Shown in pieces: positions 24,101 through 37,570 of a stretch of 64,000 nt of DNA. Position 1 is the stretch's first letter, and each line of letters starts with the position of its first letter. Below the pieces are notes generated by a model. That model was not told the origin of the DNA and ran no database searches. It was given only the letters and a program-made list of their open reading frames with translations. The stretch covers positions 16,554,001 to 16,618,000 of the forward strand of contig OZ316775.1 in assembly GCA_973851085.1 (NCBI GenBank). Reading direction: 5' to 3'. A program made the position numbers and the translations under genes. This DNA is from Ptychomitrium polyphyllum (taxonomy: Eukaryota).

Positions 24101-27100
24101 TTGATGAGGTTTTCACATTTCGCTTTACTTATTTTTAATAAATTCACCTTAGCTAGGGTTATGTGCATGTTGAAAACGTCTTACAACTGGATTTTAAGCT
24201 AAGTTGTACCAGCACGTCCTGGGGGCTTGAGAGCACAGATGCTGCTAGTGAGTTCGATGGGTTTTATTAACCAATGTTATCTGTAATAATTATTGCGCAA
24301 TTTGCATTAAATACTACAGAGAATTCGAGACTGTCTGTGTAGATGGGAAGAAATTATTCTGATAAACTGAGTTTCAAATTTTCTGATTGGTTAACTTATA
24401 TTTATTATAGCAAATTGGTTGTCTAAAATTCAGTGTCACAAGGCCAAGAATCTTGTACCTGAAGCAGGAGGTCAAGCCACACGGACTGGTGAAGCAGTTC
24501 TCGAAATACAAGTAAGTTCTCCCTGAATGCTTGGAATGTGCACAATATAGCAGTTTTGTGGTCGATCTTCAGAACTGGAACCTTGTCTAATATTAGGACA
24601 AAACCAGCTTCTTCTATCTTGTCTTTACCTACATGAAGTACCCTTGGAGGTTTTCTGATTTAGTGTGATTGGGATTTCTTTTAAAAGTAACAATCACAGA
24701 CAAAATTCCAGAATAATTTACTTTGTCTTTACCTGTGCACAAGCGACAATTTTCTGTTCATATCGATCGAACTTACCTTGAAGCAATTCCTTTAGTCTCT
24801 GTCCAAGCTGGATCATTAGTCATTTTTGGGTGCGTTGCGGTGATCCAGAACAAAATGCCAGATGCCCGTGTTGTCTACTGTTCGGCAACAGGAGCCTCAG
24901 AACCCCGGAACATGGGTTATATGGCCCGCCTTGGGTTGTGGGGCTCTGGAACAGATTTTCCACAGTTCACTTCTTTCCTTGGTGAGTGCCAAATGTTGCT
25001 CATCAATATGATTCAATTATTCTTGTTTAACTGAAATGTACTCAAATGCGTAAGACGAAGATACATATTCATTACTCTGTTTTCGACAGTATAAGCTATG
25101 TTCTGGATCGGCTCCATAAATACCACCTTTTTTGATTCTTTATCGATTTTGATATTTCTTGAAATGCCATGTACCTTCTCCAGGTGCATTAGAGAAGCGT
25201 GGGGTTGGGGCTCTTGAGCTTGTGGCCATGGATATGAAAACTAGGTATGGACATGTTTTCTGGACCATACAGCTCAATGGCTTGTGAAATTTTTAGGAAC
25301 AATTTTTATATTAGCTTTTTTACAAAGCAGCACCTTTGACAGCGTCAGTTGTTGATTTATGTGTAGGGGAATGTACGTGTGTCGGACACTCAGTTTTAAA
25401 GGGGCTGATTTTTCCATCGACGAAGTACCTTTGGAAACCAGAATGCAGGTTTGTTATGCAGGGGTTTTCTACATATTATGGCAATTTCTACGTTCGATCG
25501 AGGTAACTTAATTGCTTATAGATTTTCTCAATAATCTGACGAATGTCTGGGTTACAGAACATGTACTTGCAAGCATGCTTTTTCTGGAGTTCATTGCGTG
25601 TGGAACTTATGTCCGCTTTGGATGCACTTACCGAAAAGAAGCCAAGTCAGAATCAACTTTGGCGGTTGTACTGGGCAAATCACCAGGTGATCGTTTTCTG
25701 CTTGATTTGTGATATTCATTATGCCTGTTATCCATGTGATCTGCAATGCCTTAGAAACTGTTACTTTAGATTTAATCTACTAAGGGATAGATTCTGAAAC
25801 CAGTACAGGATATTACGTTAAATTTATATGTTAATTTACAGCAGTTTAAGGAATGCATGCATGATGTCTACCTCCCACCGGCTATCTAGAATTAGCATGA
25901 GAGCGAGAGAGTTTCTTGAGACATTCATTTATTCAATGCGTTCTTACGAAGGCTGTACTTCAGTTGATTGACCTGCTTATTTGGAAACAGTTGCTGTACG
26001 GACATACGTTAGTTTTGTGTAATCTGATGGTATCGTGTGTGTTGCAGCGATTCTTCCGCCATATGTGCATGTCTGCAAAAGTTCCCGCAGCTGTGAGGTT
26101 GGCTAAGCAGGCACTGGAAGAAGAGAAATGTGTTGTGATTGGACTGCAAAGTACAGGTGAAGCACGCACAGAAGAAGCTGTTAACAAATATGTGAGCTTT
26201 TTTATCCTATGTATCTTCTCAATGTTGTCAAAAAGGTTGTAGAAAATGTCGAGTACAATTTTGCCACCAGATAGCGCTGCTAGTAGGCGAGTTGTAAGAA
26301 TCTTAAAATCATCTTTGCTTTTGTCGTCACAAATGTGAACATGTAATATAAGGATGGCGGATTAATGGAGCAAAACACATCCGTTGATCGAACGTGGAAT
26401 GGAGATTTGATTAGTTACTAGAAAAACTTCACTTTATTCCAGTGCCCAACCATCTCTATATTTCACAATTTGGATAATTTAATTGCATGGCCTTTCTATT
26501 AGAAAAGAGTCTTTACACTACCCTATCTTTGTTGCTGTGTAGGGCGTCGAACTTGATGATTTTGTATCAGGGCCACGAGAGTTGTTGCTGAAGCTTGTGG
26601 AGGAACATTATCCTCTTCCTCAGGATCCTAAACATGTAGAAGGTTTGTATTAGCCCATTCTTCTGATGAAAAATTCTGAAGCCGATAAGGAACTGCAGTC
26701 CCCTTTGTGTTCTCTGTGCCCTGAGATTTTAGTGGATTCTCTTTGATTACTTATAGAAGAATATATTTATACTTTCAGGCATTTTACTGTCGTCTGTAGG
26801 ATAGTGAGCATTTTGATTCCTTTTATTTGTTTGTGCAGCAGAATCAGATCCAGATTCAGCAGGAAGTGAAGAAGAAATGGGGACCTGTCATATTTGCATG
26901 GTTGAAGATGTACGTGGGATCAGTAACGCTGACCCTTAAGTTTGCCTTCAAGTTTAAAACCTACTTCATTTTCTTTTGACTTGCTGAGTAAATATTTTGC
27001 TTAAAATTTCTCTTAACATGGGTTTTTGCACTTAATATCTTGTATTTTAGCCCTTTTAGCTGTGGCTGTTCAGTGACAATAAATGTCTGTCTTTCTGCAA

Positions 27101-30100
27101 TTTCACTGGAAAGAACTGGGCATCTCATTGGCACAACAATTGATACCAACATGAATTGCTCCAACAATTACATGATCATTACATTTAGTATGCTTTCTCT
27201 GATCTATTTCCTCCTTAGGCGAGTTATTCCGTCAATGTTGCAGATATCAAGTTCCTCATCTGCCACGATCTCTTTTGCTTGCAGGCATCCCAGCAGTTTC
27301 TAGAATGCAGTAGGTGCGGAACAGTTGTTCATCCGGCTTGTCTTTCTCCACCTCTAGCTAAAAATGCAGATTGTGACTGGTACTGCGTTGGATGTGGTGA
27401 GAAGACGACTGACTTTCAAGTAGACCGCCGCCGTTATGTCTCCGTTGTTTCCGCCAGGTTATTTCTTTTGCCTCCCCTAATTGAACTTAATTGTTGCACT
27501 TTGAAGTTTTGATAATTATTACGATTTTTTGCAATAGCTGGGTTGAAGTTTGACCTTTGAGTTTGAAATAGTTTTGGTTTTCATGACCTTGGTTGGAAGT
27601 ATATTTGAACTAGAATATTGATGTACTGTTCAGGTACGAAGCCTCGAAGTTAAGGAAGAGTAAGATATTGGATACTATCCGAGCTCTCGAATTGCCAAAT
27701 AATCCATTGGATGACATTATTGATCAGGTAAAGTCCTGATTGCCTCAATTGTTTTATTGATTCAGCCCTGATCAATTGGCTGATAACTTTGTATGTGAAA
27801 ATGTTCAAATCTTCTCTTGTTTGCAATTAAGAAGTTCTTCATATCAGGTGAGTTTTGAGTCATTCTTCTTTTCTGTTTGCATAGTTGGGAGGCCCTGACC
27901 GGGTAGCAGAAATGACTGGGCGAAGAGGAATGCTTGTGCGGGCTAAGAGTGGAATAGGAGTTATCTACCAAGCACGAAATACGTAAGGAATTTCGTATCT
28001 ATTTACTTCTACTCCTTTTAAATCTCCCCTAATGTAAGCGCTGACGATTGTTCATGAATTAGAAAATCCTTTCAGGTAGTATCTCAGTGTCCGTTTCTTG
28101 TACGTGCAGGAAAGATGTGACGTTGGAAATGATTAATATGCACGAGAAGCAGCAATTTATGGATGGGAAGAAATACGTTGCAGTCATTTCAGAAGCAGCA
28201 TCAGCTGGTGTGTCGCTTCAAGCAGATAGAAGAGCCCTCAATCAGGTTAGTGAGCCTCCCCATTTCCCCTGATCTGTGATCACTGTTAAATTAAGAACGG
28301 TTTGTTCGATGACAAGATATGAATGCGTCGCATCATGTCATGCGTATCAATACTTATGAAGCAGTTTTCTTTCGATATATTTTAGATTGACTATTAACTT
28401 TTGTGGCAGAGGAGAAGAGTGCATGTAACATTGGAGCTACCTTGGAGTGCCGATCGTGCAATTCAACAATTTGGGAGGACTCATAGATCCAACCAAGCCT
28501 CTGCTCCTCAGTACAGGTAGGGCTTCAATATCTATAGTTTGTAAAGCTCTCGTGCTTAGTTGGTTCTCCACGTTAGGCGTTGGTGGGAGTTAAGAAGATT
28601 GTTTGGATAGGCTGTTATTAGTCTCCAATCCGATCCGAGTTGGAAATTAGCAATGTATTAGAAGGAATGCACAATTTTGGGGCTTGCTAACTCTTCACTA
28701 ACTTAGACATATGAAGTCTGGGATCGCAAAATGCTCCTTTTCGTCTTGCATTGACTGCCAAATTTGGTCCTAATGTGCAGATTGCTGTTCACAAATCTCG
28801 GCGGAGAACGCCGATTTGCATCTATTGTTGCTAAGCGTCTAGAGACTCTAGGGGCTTTGACTCAGGGTGATAGAAGGTAATCATACTCCGACCAACAGTT
28901 GTTTTGGGGTTGTACAGCATGGGTGCCTCACAAAGCACTTATTCTGAACTTTAGCAAGTTTTACTCTCCTGTTTGTGATCTGTGCTTTCTTACAACATTC
29001 CTTTCTTCCTTCGTCATTATTGTTAACACGTGTTTGAGCAGCTTCTTTTAGAAGTGCCATTCAGTTGGTATATAGAAAGTCATTAAGCATCAATCTGTAC
29101 AGCATGAACATGAGCAAATTAGGTCCTAGTTTCATGTTCTGAGGTATAACCCATGTTTGCATTTTAGGGCTGGCCCGTCACTGAGTGCCTTCAATTACGA
29201 CAGTGTTTATGGGAAAAAGGCACTTGCAAGCACATACAAATCAATCATGGAGCAGGTTGGGCAACTGATTGTCGCTTTTTGTGAGATCAGTAATTTGAAC
29301 TTGCTTGGTGAATTTGATTGTCTGTATAAGCTTGGGAAACTCCTAGAAAAGAGAATTACAAGTATTGGTGTGAATGCCTAGTTGGAAAATTCTACAGGAG
29401 GGTCTTGGTTGTATTGTGTAGAAGTTTATTCCTGAACAGGTAGCACTTGTCCATCCAAAGGGTTCAAACATGGCCCTTTAACTATCTTAGTATTAATGGG
29501 GCATCTTAAGGTCGTTTTGATTTCATCAGTGAGATGATAGAATTGAGAGGGCTGTTATGATACGTAAAGCCTTTCTGGTTTGTGACACGTGGTCTTGGAG
29601 CTGTCCTAGTGTCTGGATTTGTGAGTAAATGACGTTTGCTTTGGTTACAGGCGGAGCCTTTGGTACTCCCACCTAGCTGTCCTAGTGGAGATTCGGCAAA
29701 GACAAAGGAGTTCTTCCACTTGTGCCGGCAGGCGCTTCTTACTGTGGGAATCATTCGTGATGCAGTTGGTGGTAAGCCTTCTCGTGTTGCCAATTACACG
29801 CAGATGTTTGTTAAGGAAAGGCGGGTGCATCCTGCACAAGACGTTCCTCTGTGATCAATCCTGTTTTATTGTGATGCCTCCACGTTAGTAATGACCATGT
29901 CTACGCCAAGTTGCTTTGTAGAAGTAGAAATGTTACCGCTTTATGAAGAAATTTGCCTAATGAGCTTAATCACTAGTGTTTGCTTTCTGCAGTTAGTCAG
30001 ACTAATGGCACTACTAAATCATCTATAAGACCTTCTGGAAGGATAGCCGAAGCAGATTTACACGACGTTGGGAGGTTTCTCAACAGGGCTTTAGGTTTAC

Positions 30101-32728
30101 CACCAGAAATACAGAACCGGTAAAGTTTATATTCTTGCTTTACTTTGCTTTGTCTATCCTGAACAAATATTTCATGCTCGGGCAAATTGATATGAGAATC
30201 ATTTTGTGTGCATTGAATCTCAATAAAGATCATAGTGCAATCACTCGTCAAATTTATTGGAGTATGCGTTGAAAACGTGACGTCGTTTTGAATATTATGT
30301 GAAGGTTCTCTAGTCGGTTAAGTTACTAGTGTATTGCTTGTTGTTGGTGCAGACTCTTTGAATATTTTGTAAGTGTTTTTGATGAGCTCATACGGGATGC
30401 TCGGAAAGAAGGCCAATTTGATTCCGGCATTGTGGACATAAAGGCCAGTACAATCGAACTAAATGGTTCTCCAAAGGTGTGTGATGACCTCCTATTATTG
30501 TGGCCGTTATCATCAGTATTAACACTGACATAGTTTGGCTATATTGTGCTATATGATGGTTAACGTTCTGTTAAAATATTTCGGTTGCTTTTATAAACAA
30601 TATCCTGTAACCCTTTGAAAATTCATTTTATGGGTGGCGTCAGCTTAAGTAGTACACATAACTTTGATCGCAATTTGTATGTGGATTATGTGAGTATTGC
30701 AACATGTGTAGCATCCTAAGTTTTAAGGAATTCTTACAAGCATCAAGTGCATGTCGATTGTGTCTTATTGCTGATGTTTACTCGTCTGCTCCTCATAATA
30801 CAGACAGTTCATGTGGACTCCATTTCTGGAGCACCAACAACACTTTTTGTTTTGGAGACCGACCGAGGCCTCACTTGGGAGGTTTGTCTGGAATCAATGT
30901 CTTCGATATGTTTCCTTACTACAGTCCGCACGTTCATAGAAGCATGGCTGACTTGATCTTCTCAGTTCACATTTCTCCATTGCTGCAGTACGGCTTCTGT
31001 AATTCTCTGAAAAAAACTATCAGAATTACTTTGCTGTTTGTCCAAGCTTGCGTGAGTGTAACTTCTAGGTTCGTGCTTTTGTCAAACTTCATATTCAGAA
31101 ATAGGGAAATCAGAATTACTAATCTTCCTGTGCTGTGTCAGGCTGCCAGTAAGTTACATGATGATCATGCCGATGGCGTTGATAATGGCATTTATCGATC
31201 TAGAAGAGAATGGCTTGGGAGGACACACTATCTTCTCGCTCTAGAAAGGTGAGACGGTTGAGGATATAACATCTTGCTGTGGTAGATGTTAGAGAATGTA
31301 CAAGTTACTCAATTACCAGTAGTTTGTGTTATGTGCAAGTGTTTGTCCAATGAGATCCTGAACTATTTCATTCTGTGACAGATCCGGATCAAATCCTAAA
31401 GCTTTTAGAGTTTTTAGACCATCGAGTGGTGAAGCCCCAAGGTATGCCCTCTATCATATGACATCTTCTATTGTTTAGTTCTCTATTTGATTTCCCTGTC
31501 TCTTTTTTAGAAATGCGTGTGCTCAATATTGGATTTGCAGAGTAGATTTCCAAGGATGCTATTGATTTTATTCCTTTACTCTCTACTTAACGAGAAGATG
31601 GGAGCTGAAAAAATAAGCCATCCACTTTGTTCTTTCAGGGAAATGTCTTCTACTGAACTTCGCGGCAAGTATACCAAGGTATCCTCATCAGACCAGGCTA
31701 AGGCCGGTTGGACTGAGGATTTTACTATCTCAGCAGATCAAGTACGTAATACTGTGTGTGCTCTACTAGCTGTGCTGTGATTGTATTGCTATGCTGTAGT
31801 GGCAGATGACGTTGTGAAGGCTTTCTCCTGTCCCTCAGAATTTGTTGGTAAGACTTGCAGGAGGTGCTGGTGCGCCTCATAGCAATTGATTAAACGTGCA
31901 TGTTGTCTTTATCTACAGTGCCTACATGGGCCAAAGTGCAAAATGGGGTCCAGTTGCACGATTGGCAGAAGAGTGCAGCAGGTACATATATTGGGAGGCT
32001 TAATTTTACCCGTGTGGGGAACAGTTGAGAAGGCTTTATCCAAACAGGTTCGTACGCTTTTGCTGATATCTCACTTTTGTAAATCATGGCACACAGTATA
32101 GCAACATTCGAAGCAGATACTGAAATGTGGTTTTTGATAAGGGGTGCATGCACTGAAAGGCATGCACATTGCAGGATTACGCCGGATTATCATTTGAGGT
32201 GGTTGGTGTATTGCTTTCGGTGGTTATGATATTGCTTGTAACTTGGACCATGACTATCATCCAAGTCACGCAAATATTGCTGTGTATAATTAGCCAATGT
32301 GAATGGGGCTGTTGATTCTATTGAATGCATTTGATTATTTTACGTTGGTAAGATTGCATATGTCTGTTGTGGTTCATCCTGTCCGCAGATAAGGAAAAGT
32401 CATAAGAGGTTACGCGTTGTGCGAGTGGAGACAACCACCGAAGGTCGTCGGATTGTGGGGCTTCATATTCCCAACACTGCGGTTGATGCAGTTGTGACAG
32501 GTGAGACTTGTCTTGTGACCTGACCTGTTGGTACTCTCCACAGATATTCTAGTTCAGTAATTCTGCAACTATTTTATTTTCTGCTGTGGTTTCTTGGTCT
32601 CAGACTGATGTGTAAGGAATGTCAGTAGATGATTTCCACAGGTCGATCTTTAATCGTGGTTTACCGTTATGCATTTGGCAGGGCTTAATGATCTTCACGT
32701 GAAGCCTATGGACGATTCAGGTGGATAA
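21191..32728 (+). CDS. FGT1: FORGETTER1 / EMB1135 / strawberry-notch homologue (two N-terminal C4 zinc ribbons, DExD-like domain, PHD finger, helicase C-like domain), about 31 exons
   Basis: Motifs [101 protein letters not shown] and [20 protein letters not shown]...CSRC...HPAC...WYCVGC. GT-AG introns traced from 21662 to 32681; last exon 32682-32728. Confidence 0.95.
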
Positions 32729-33508
32729 CCATGTACGGCCTGATGTACAATTTTGTAAATTTTCTTTACTCGTTTTTTTTATTACAAATTTATCCTTAAC
32801 ATTTTTATACTGGGCTAGCATCCGTGGTCATAGTATACATAACCACTTGTGTACGTTCAAAACTGGTCTCAGCAGTCCCTGTATGTGCTCGGCTGCTATA
32901 ATGAACTTGGTTGAGGATGAGTTCATTATATTAGAGGTTCCACAGTATGTGAAGTGCCAAGTGAATTTGGGTATGTAGTATGCCAGTGCTGTGTGGAAGG
33001 CATGATACCTTGATTAGGGTTGGGGATTTGAAATTGACATTGTTTCCCTCACATTGTTATGTTCTATCTCGGTCCTACCATTTGAAATGTTTACAAGAGA
33101 TGCTTATTTGACGAGACTTTGATGATTGAGTTGGTAATTACAAGACGACCCCGTAGAGTTCACTACGGCCACAAATGATTGCATGTACTTCCTTCCTCTC
33201 GTACTCTATTACTGTATATGCGTCATTCTCGTTCGCTTTCTTAATACCATTTCGTCACAAGTTCACATGTGCTATGACCTAGACTGACGAAACTGCAGGT
33301 CAGACAGAAATTACAAAACCGATCTCAATGAAGAGACCATCTGCATCGAAAACAACAACTTAGCTTATCCGAGTTTACACATCAAGAGTTCGTAATTCCA
33401 AGTCTTTGCTGCACTTCTGTTTTGCGCACATAATTCGAAGTTATCCATTTCGTCTTTGAAGCTCACTTCGGTATACTTTTGAGATCCAAAAGCGCTGAAG
33501 ATAAGATC

Positions 33509-34162
33509 CTACTTTTTCTGTTCAAGGACTTTTGGAACAGTTGGAGTGAGACTGAGCTTGTCCACCGGGACGTCTACCGAAGGGTTTCCGGACACACCTT
33601 GTCCATGATGGATATGCGTGTATATCCGCTTGTTACTTCTGTGCACCTTAATCCGATGATGTCTCCGCCCGTGGTGGGACCGGCGATGGTGGCTGCGTCG
33701 ATGGTGCCCCCGGCTCCGGTGACGCCTCCTGTGATGCCTTCTTCCGTGATGACGTTTCCCATGGCGCCGTCGCCTCTGATGCCGCCTTCGACTATGACGC
33801 CTCCTTCGACGATGCCGTCTGCGACGATGGCGTCTCCCACTATGATACTGTCGTCGCAGATGCCTTCTGTGATGCCTCTGCGGCACATCGGCCTCTATAA
33901 TTGCTGGTTTCTTTGTAGATTCATCGGCAGGCACAATGATGTGTTTCTGTGCAGATCTGTAGATCGTACCCGTCCGCAGAAACGTTCCTTCTTGAACCAG
34001 GTTCCTGAATGTGCTGTGGATCAACTTCTTCTTCGTTGCATCAAATACCTCCTCGTATGTGGCCTCCAGATGCTTGCGTATCTGCACCAAGCTTGCACCC
34101 CGATATTGCTTCCTAACGTGCACAATGGCTGCTCGGACCAAGGCACACTGTGGTATAACCAT
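33509..34162 (-). CDS. Histone H1-like winged-helix domain fused to an Arg/His-rich protamine-like tract (putative sperm nuclear basic protein precursor), 217 aa, intronless
   Basis: N-terminal LVRAAIVHVRKQYRGASLVQIRKHLEATY...LIHSTFRNLVQEGTFLRTGTIYR fits the H1 globular pattern (MI..AI..L.er.GSS..AI.KYI...L..lv..G.l). It is followed by ~80 aa of RRRH-type repeats. Strong GCCATGG start context. Confidence 0.8.
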   Translation of the reverse strand: MVIPQCALVRAAIVHVRKQYRGASLVQIRKHLEATYEEVFDATKKKLIHSTFRNLVQEGTFLRTGTIYRSAQKHIIVPADESTKKPAIIEADVPQRHHRRHLRRQYHSGRRHRRRRHRRRRRHSRRRHQRRRRHGKRHHGRRHHRRRHRSRGHHRRSHHRRSHHGRRHHRIKVHRSNKRIYTHIHHGQGVSGNPSVDVPVDKLSLTPTVPKVLEQKK

Positions 34163-34479
34163 GGCACCTCAGAGCTTGAAATCTAAACTCTCACTTCATT
34201 GACAATGGCACCCGCCCTGACTAGAGTAGTTGGTGCCTTGATTTTCCTAGCTGGTATTGGGTGTCACTCCTTTCCCATGAAAGCAGCCCCTGCCTCTCAG
34301 GAACACCCCACAAGTAAGCTTTGCCCCTGAGCTACACCATGTCCATCACTCATGAGGGACCATCCTAAATGGTGCAAATGATGCTGATGAACGCTTCTCG
34401 TGTGGAATTTGTAGCAGTACCTCATGGCGTCCAAGGGATGCGACTCCTCGTAGAAGAAACAAATTCATTGGTTCTATGC

Positions 34480-37190
34480 TATGTGAAAGGTGATGTATTG
34501 TAATGTTACTTTTACACTTCAATTATGTTAGATTTGCAACCTCATTATAATTTTAACAAGAGGAGTATGTTGTGACCAATGTTTGGAAATGACCAAGTCA
34601 TTATACCACAAAGTAGAAGTTCATTTGAATGCATTTATTCAAATACAAACTAAGTTGAAATTATATTTGGAATTTAAATGATTTAAAGTGCATTTAAGTA
34701 CAATTCTAAAAAAGGAGTACATTTTATATTTTACTTTTTGGATTAAATCTTTAAGTATTTCAATATATAAAATGTTAAAATCTTTCATTAATGTTAACAA
34801 AATTAACACCTGCTTTCATTTGTTAAGTGTTGTAAGAAATTTTTCAATGTTTTTTGTTTTTAATTTAATATTGTAATAATGATATACAATAGCATTTCAA
34901 ATCTTAAATTTGGTTTTGAGTTTGTATTTAAAAAAATACTTAAGTACTTTTTAACACTTTTATTTATATAAACCAATATTGTATATAATAATTTTATATA
35001 AAAATGTCATATTTTGAATGTGATTTTATTATAAATAATTTATTATATTTTGAAAATTAAAGAATCTAACATATATTATTATAAAAGTATTACGTCATGT
35101 TTGTACATTTTCTATTCATATTCACTTAAGTCGATTTTTCTATCATTTGCTAATTTTTGGCATTCTTCCTTTAATGATTTTTCAATATCATTGCAATCTT
35201 TTAGTGACCATTTTACACCATGAGCTAATTGTCCAAGTTGTGTACCAACAACTAATTTTTTAACATATTTATCAAGGTTATTATTACCTTCAGTTCCAAC
35301 ATGTATTCGATGTTCTCGTTGTACTTCAATATTTGCAGCAGAAGCACATCTTTTTATATAAGAATCCATACTTTCACCATGTCTTTTTATAATATATGAT
35401 CCAAGAAATTCTAATATTTTTTGTTTTGATGATGCTCTAGGCTTTAACATTTTGTGTTCAATATGACTTGAATTTTTAGTATCATATATTGATTTAGAAT
35501 AGCATTTAGCTATAGTATTTTTGTCTTTTTCATTAACTATATTGAAATTGTTACGTTGAGGACATTTGTTTACTTGCTTGCAATTATTATTGATTTCTAA
35601 CCATGTAGGGATAGTGTTATAGTTATTAATTTTCTTCCTTTCAATATTTTCAAAAGAACAAAAATGATTATGTGTAGCTAATCTTGGAACAATATGTTTT
35701 TTGCATTAAAAATCATATGTGTATTGAGGCAAAGTATCTCCACAACACTTACTTGAGTTGTCACTACAAAGGACATGAGAATTATTAAAGGTTTGAAATT
35801 GTTCATCATATATATAATTATTGTTGATTTTTGATGAAATTTCAAAAACTTGAGTTTTATTTGCCATTATTTTTGTAGGTGGAGCATTAGGCCGATGGAA
35901 AGGATCAAAAGGATATTTAGATAGGAAATGTCTATTATAGCAATTATCACCAAATGAATAACATTGTTTATAAGAATGTTGCACATCACCTTTAGGACGA
36001 GCATTTTTCATTTCATTCAAATAATATTGATCAAAATCATGTACAAAAGTTTTACCTCCATCTTCTTCTTGAACACATTTGCTATTCCACATAATTTTAT
36101 ACAAAAATTATAATATTTCCTTTAAAATACATTGAATTTTAAATGATTACATAATAACTAAAGATTAAATTATCAATCAATCTAAATGTCATTTAAAAAA
36201 AAATCCATTTTAACGATCTTCTTTTATATCTAAATAATCTTATAAAAATTATGTTTTGTTTTCACAAAAACGTAATTCACATGTCACAATATTTCAAAAA
36301 AATTAGTAATTTGTTTTCTATCATAAAGTTGATAAAATTTCAACATTAGTTTAATGTTGTATCTTAATATTGTATTTATGAAAATAATAGATATTCCTTT
36401 TGAAAAAAATCTACTCATTCCATATTAATTTTAATCCTTATAAAAGTTTTTATTTAATTTTTATTAATGATTTTGTTGAAAGACAAATGAAAAGTGTAAT
36501 AAAGATAACAATTAGATACATTTATAATTTTTTGATTATTATAATGTTTGAATTATGTTTTTAAAGTATATAATGGTTTTTAAAATGTTTTTAACATTGA
36601 TGTTTTTGGAAAGGATTTTGTTTAGAATTTAAAGAACTAAATTACTACATTCCAATATTTTCAAATTTTTGATATAATTCTTATATTACATTAATGCTAA
36701 GTTTTATTACATATAAGGTTTTTTGGTTCTTATGAATAAGATTTGAAAGGTTTGATGTGTATTGATGTCTTTTAAATACCAAATATTTTTAATTTAAATA
36801 AGATATAAAATCATCAAAAAATGAAAACAAAATGAAATATCATATAGTACTCCTATAATATATATATTTTTAAATAAGATATGAATTTAAATCTATACTA
36901 TTGGTATAAAACTATTAAATTTCATAAAAACAAATAACAATTGGATAATTTTATAAGATATTTAGAAATGAACCTTGAATAATATTATGTTATATTTCAT
37001 GTTAATTTGCACATATTTAGAATGCACTTTTACAAGTTAAGGTACTTAAAAAACAATCCAAATGAACATATAGATAAAATTTATCTAAAGCCAATTTAAT
37101 CATTATTTTATTTTAAGAAAATTCAATGTTTTTATATCATTCTTAAATAAAAGCTTGGATTATCTTATGGATCAGTTGCTAGAAAGTTAC
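34480..37190. other. Very AT-rich, CpG-poor block containing a relic ORF
   Basis: Composition shift. Boundaries approximate. Confidence 0.7.
35112..36107 (-). pseudogene. Degenerate ~330-codon reading frame interrupted by a single TAA (35706-35708); origin unknown, possibly retroelement gag-like
   Basis: ORFs 35706-36104 and 35112-35450 share a frame, and I read no stop codon between 35705 and 35451. KRHGESMDSYIKRC loosely resembles a Gag major-homology motif. Confidence 0.55.
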
Positions 37191-37314
37191 AAATAGCATA
37201 AAGTTTTGTGAATTTATGTAATAAATGGGGCATATCCTCATGAGATAAGGAAACAAGATTACATCACAATCTTTATAGAATCTTCTTTTCAAAAGGGTAG
37301 TCTCTCCATTGTAA

Positions 37315-37372
37315 GAGAATGCCATGTTGATTGGATGAGAATGCCGTGTTGTTTGGATGAGAATGCCATGTT
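37315..37372 (+). repeat. 22-bp tandem repeat, about 2.6 copies (GAGAATGCCRTGTTGWTTGGAT)
   Basis: Directly visible. Confidence 0.8.
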
Positions 37373-37570
37373 TGCATGGCACTCTTGAGTGGTCAGCTCC
37401 TATGCAAAGTGGAGATTTTACCGTAAACATAGGCGTTTCTCAAAGGGAAATCCTTCCCGGGGTTTAACAAAAGTGGAACCACCCAAAACGAACACTTCAT
37501 TTTGGAAATCACTATAATCATCTCTAGTATGCTTTCAGGGGCTAAAGTAAGTTCAGAAAATATCAAAAAG

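Noticed and set aside
33479..34186. 235-aa Met/Pro/Ser-rich plus-strand ORF
   Set aside because: Antisense of the Arg/His repeat. The minus-strand frame has the H1-like domain and a strong ATG context.
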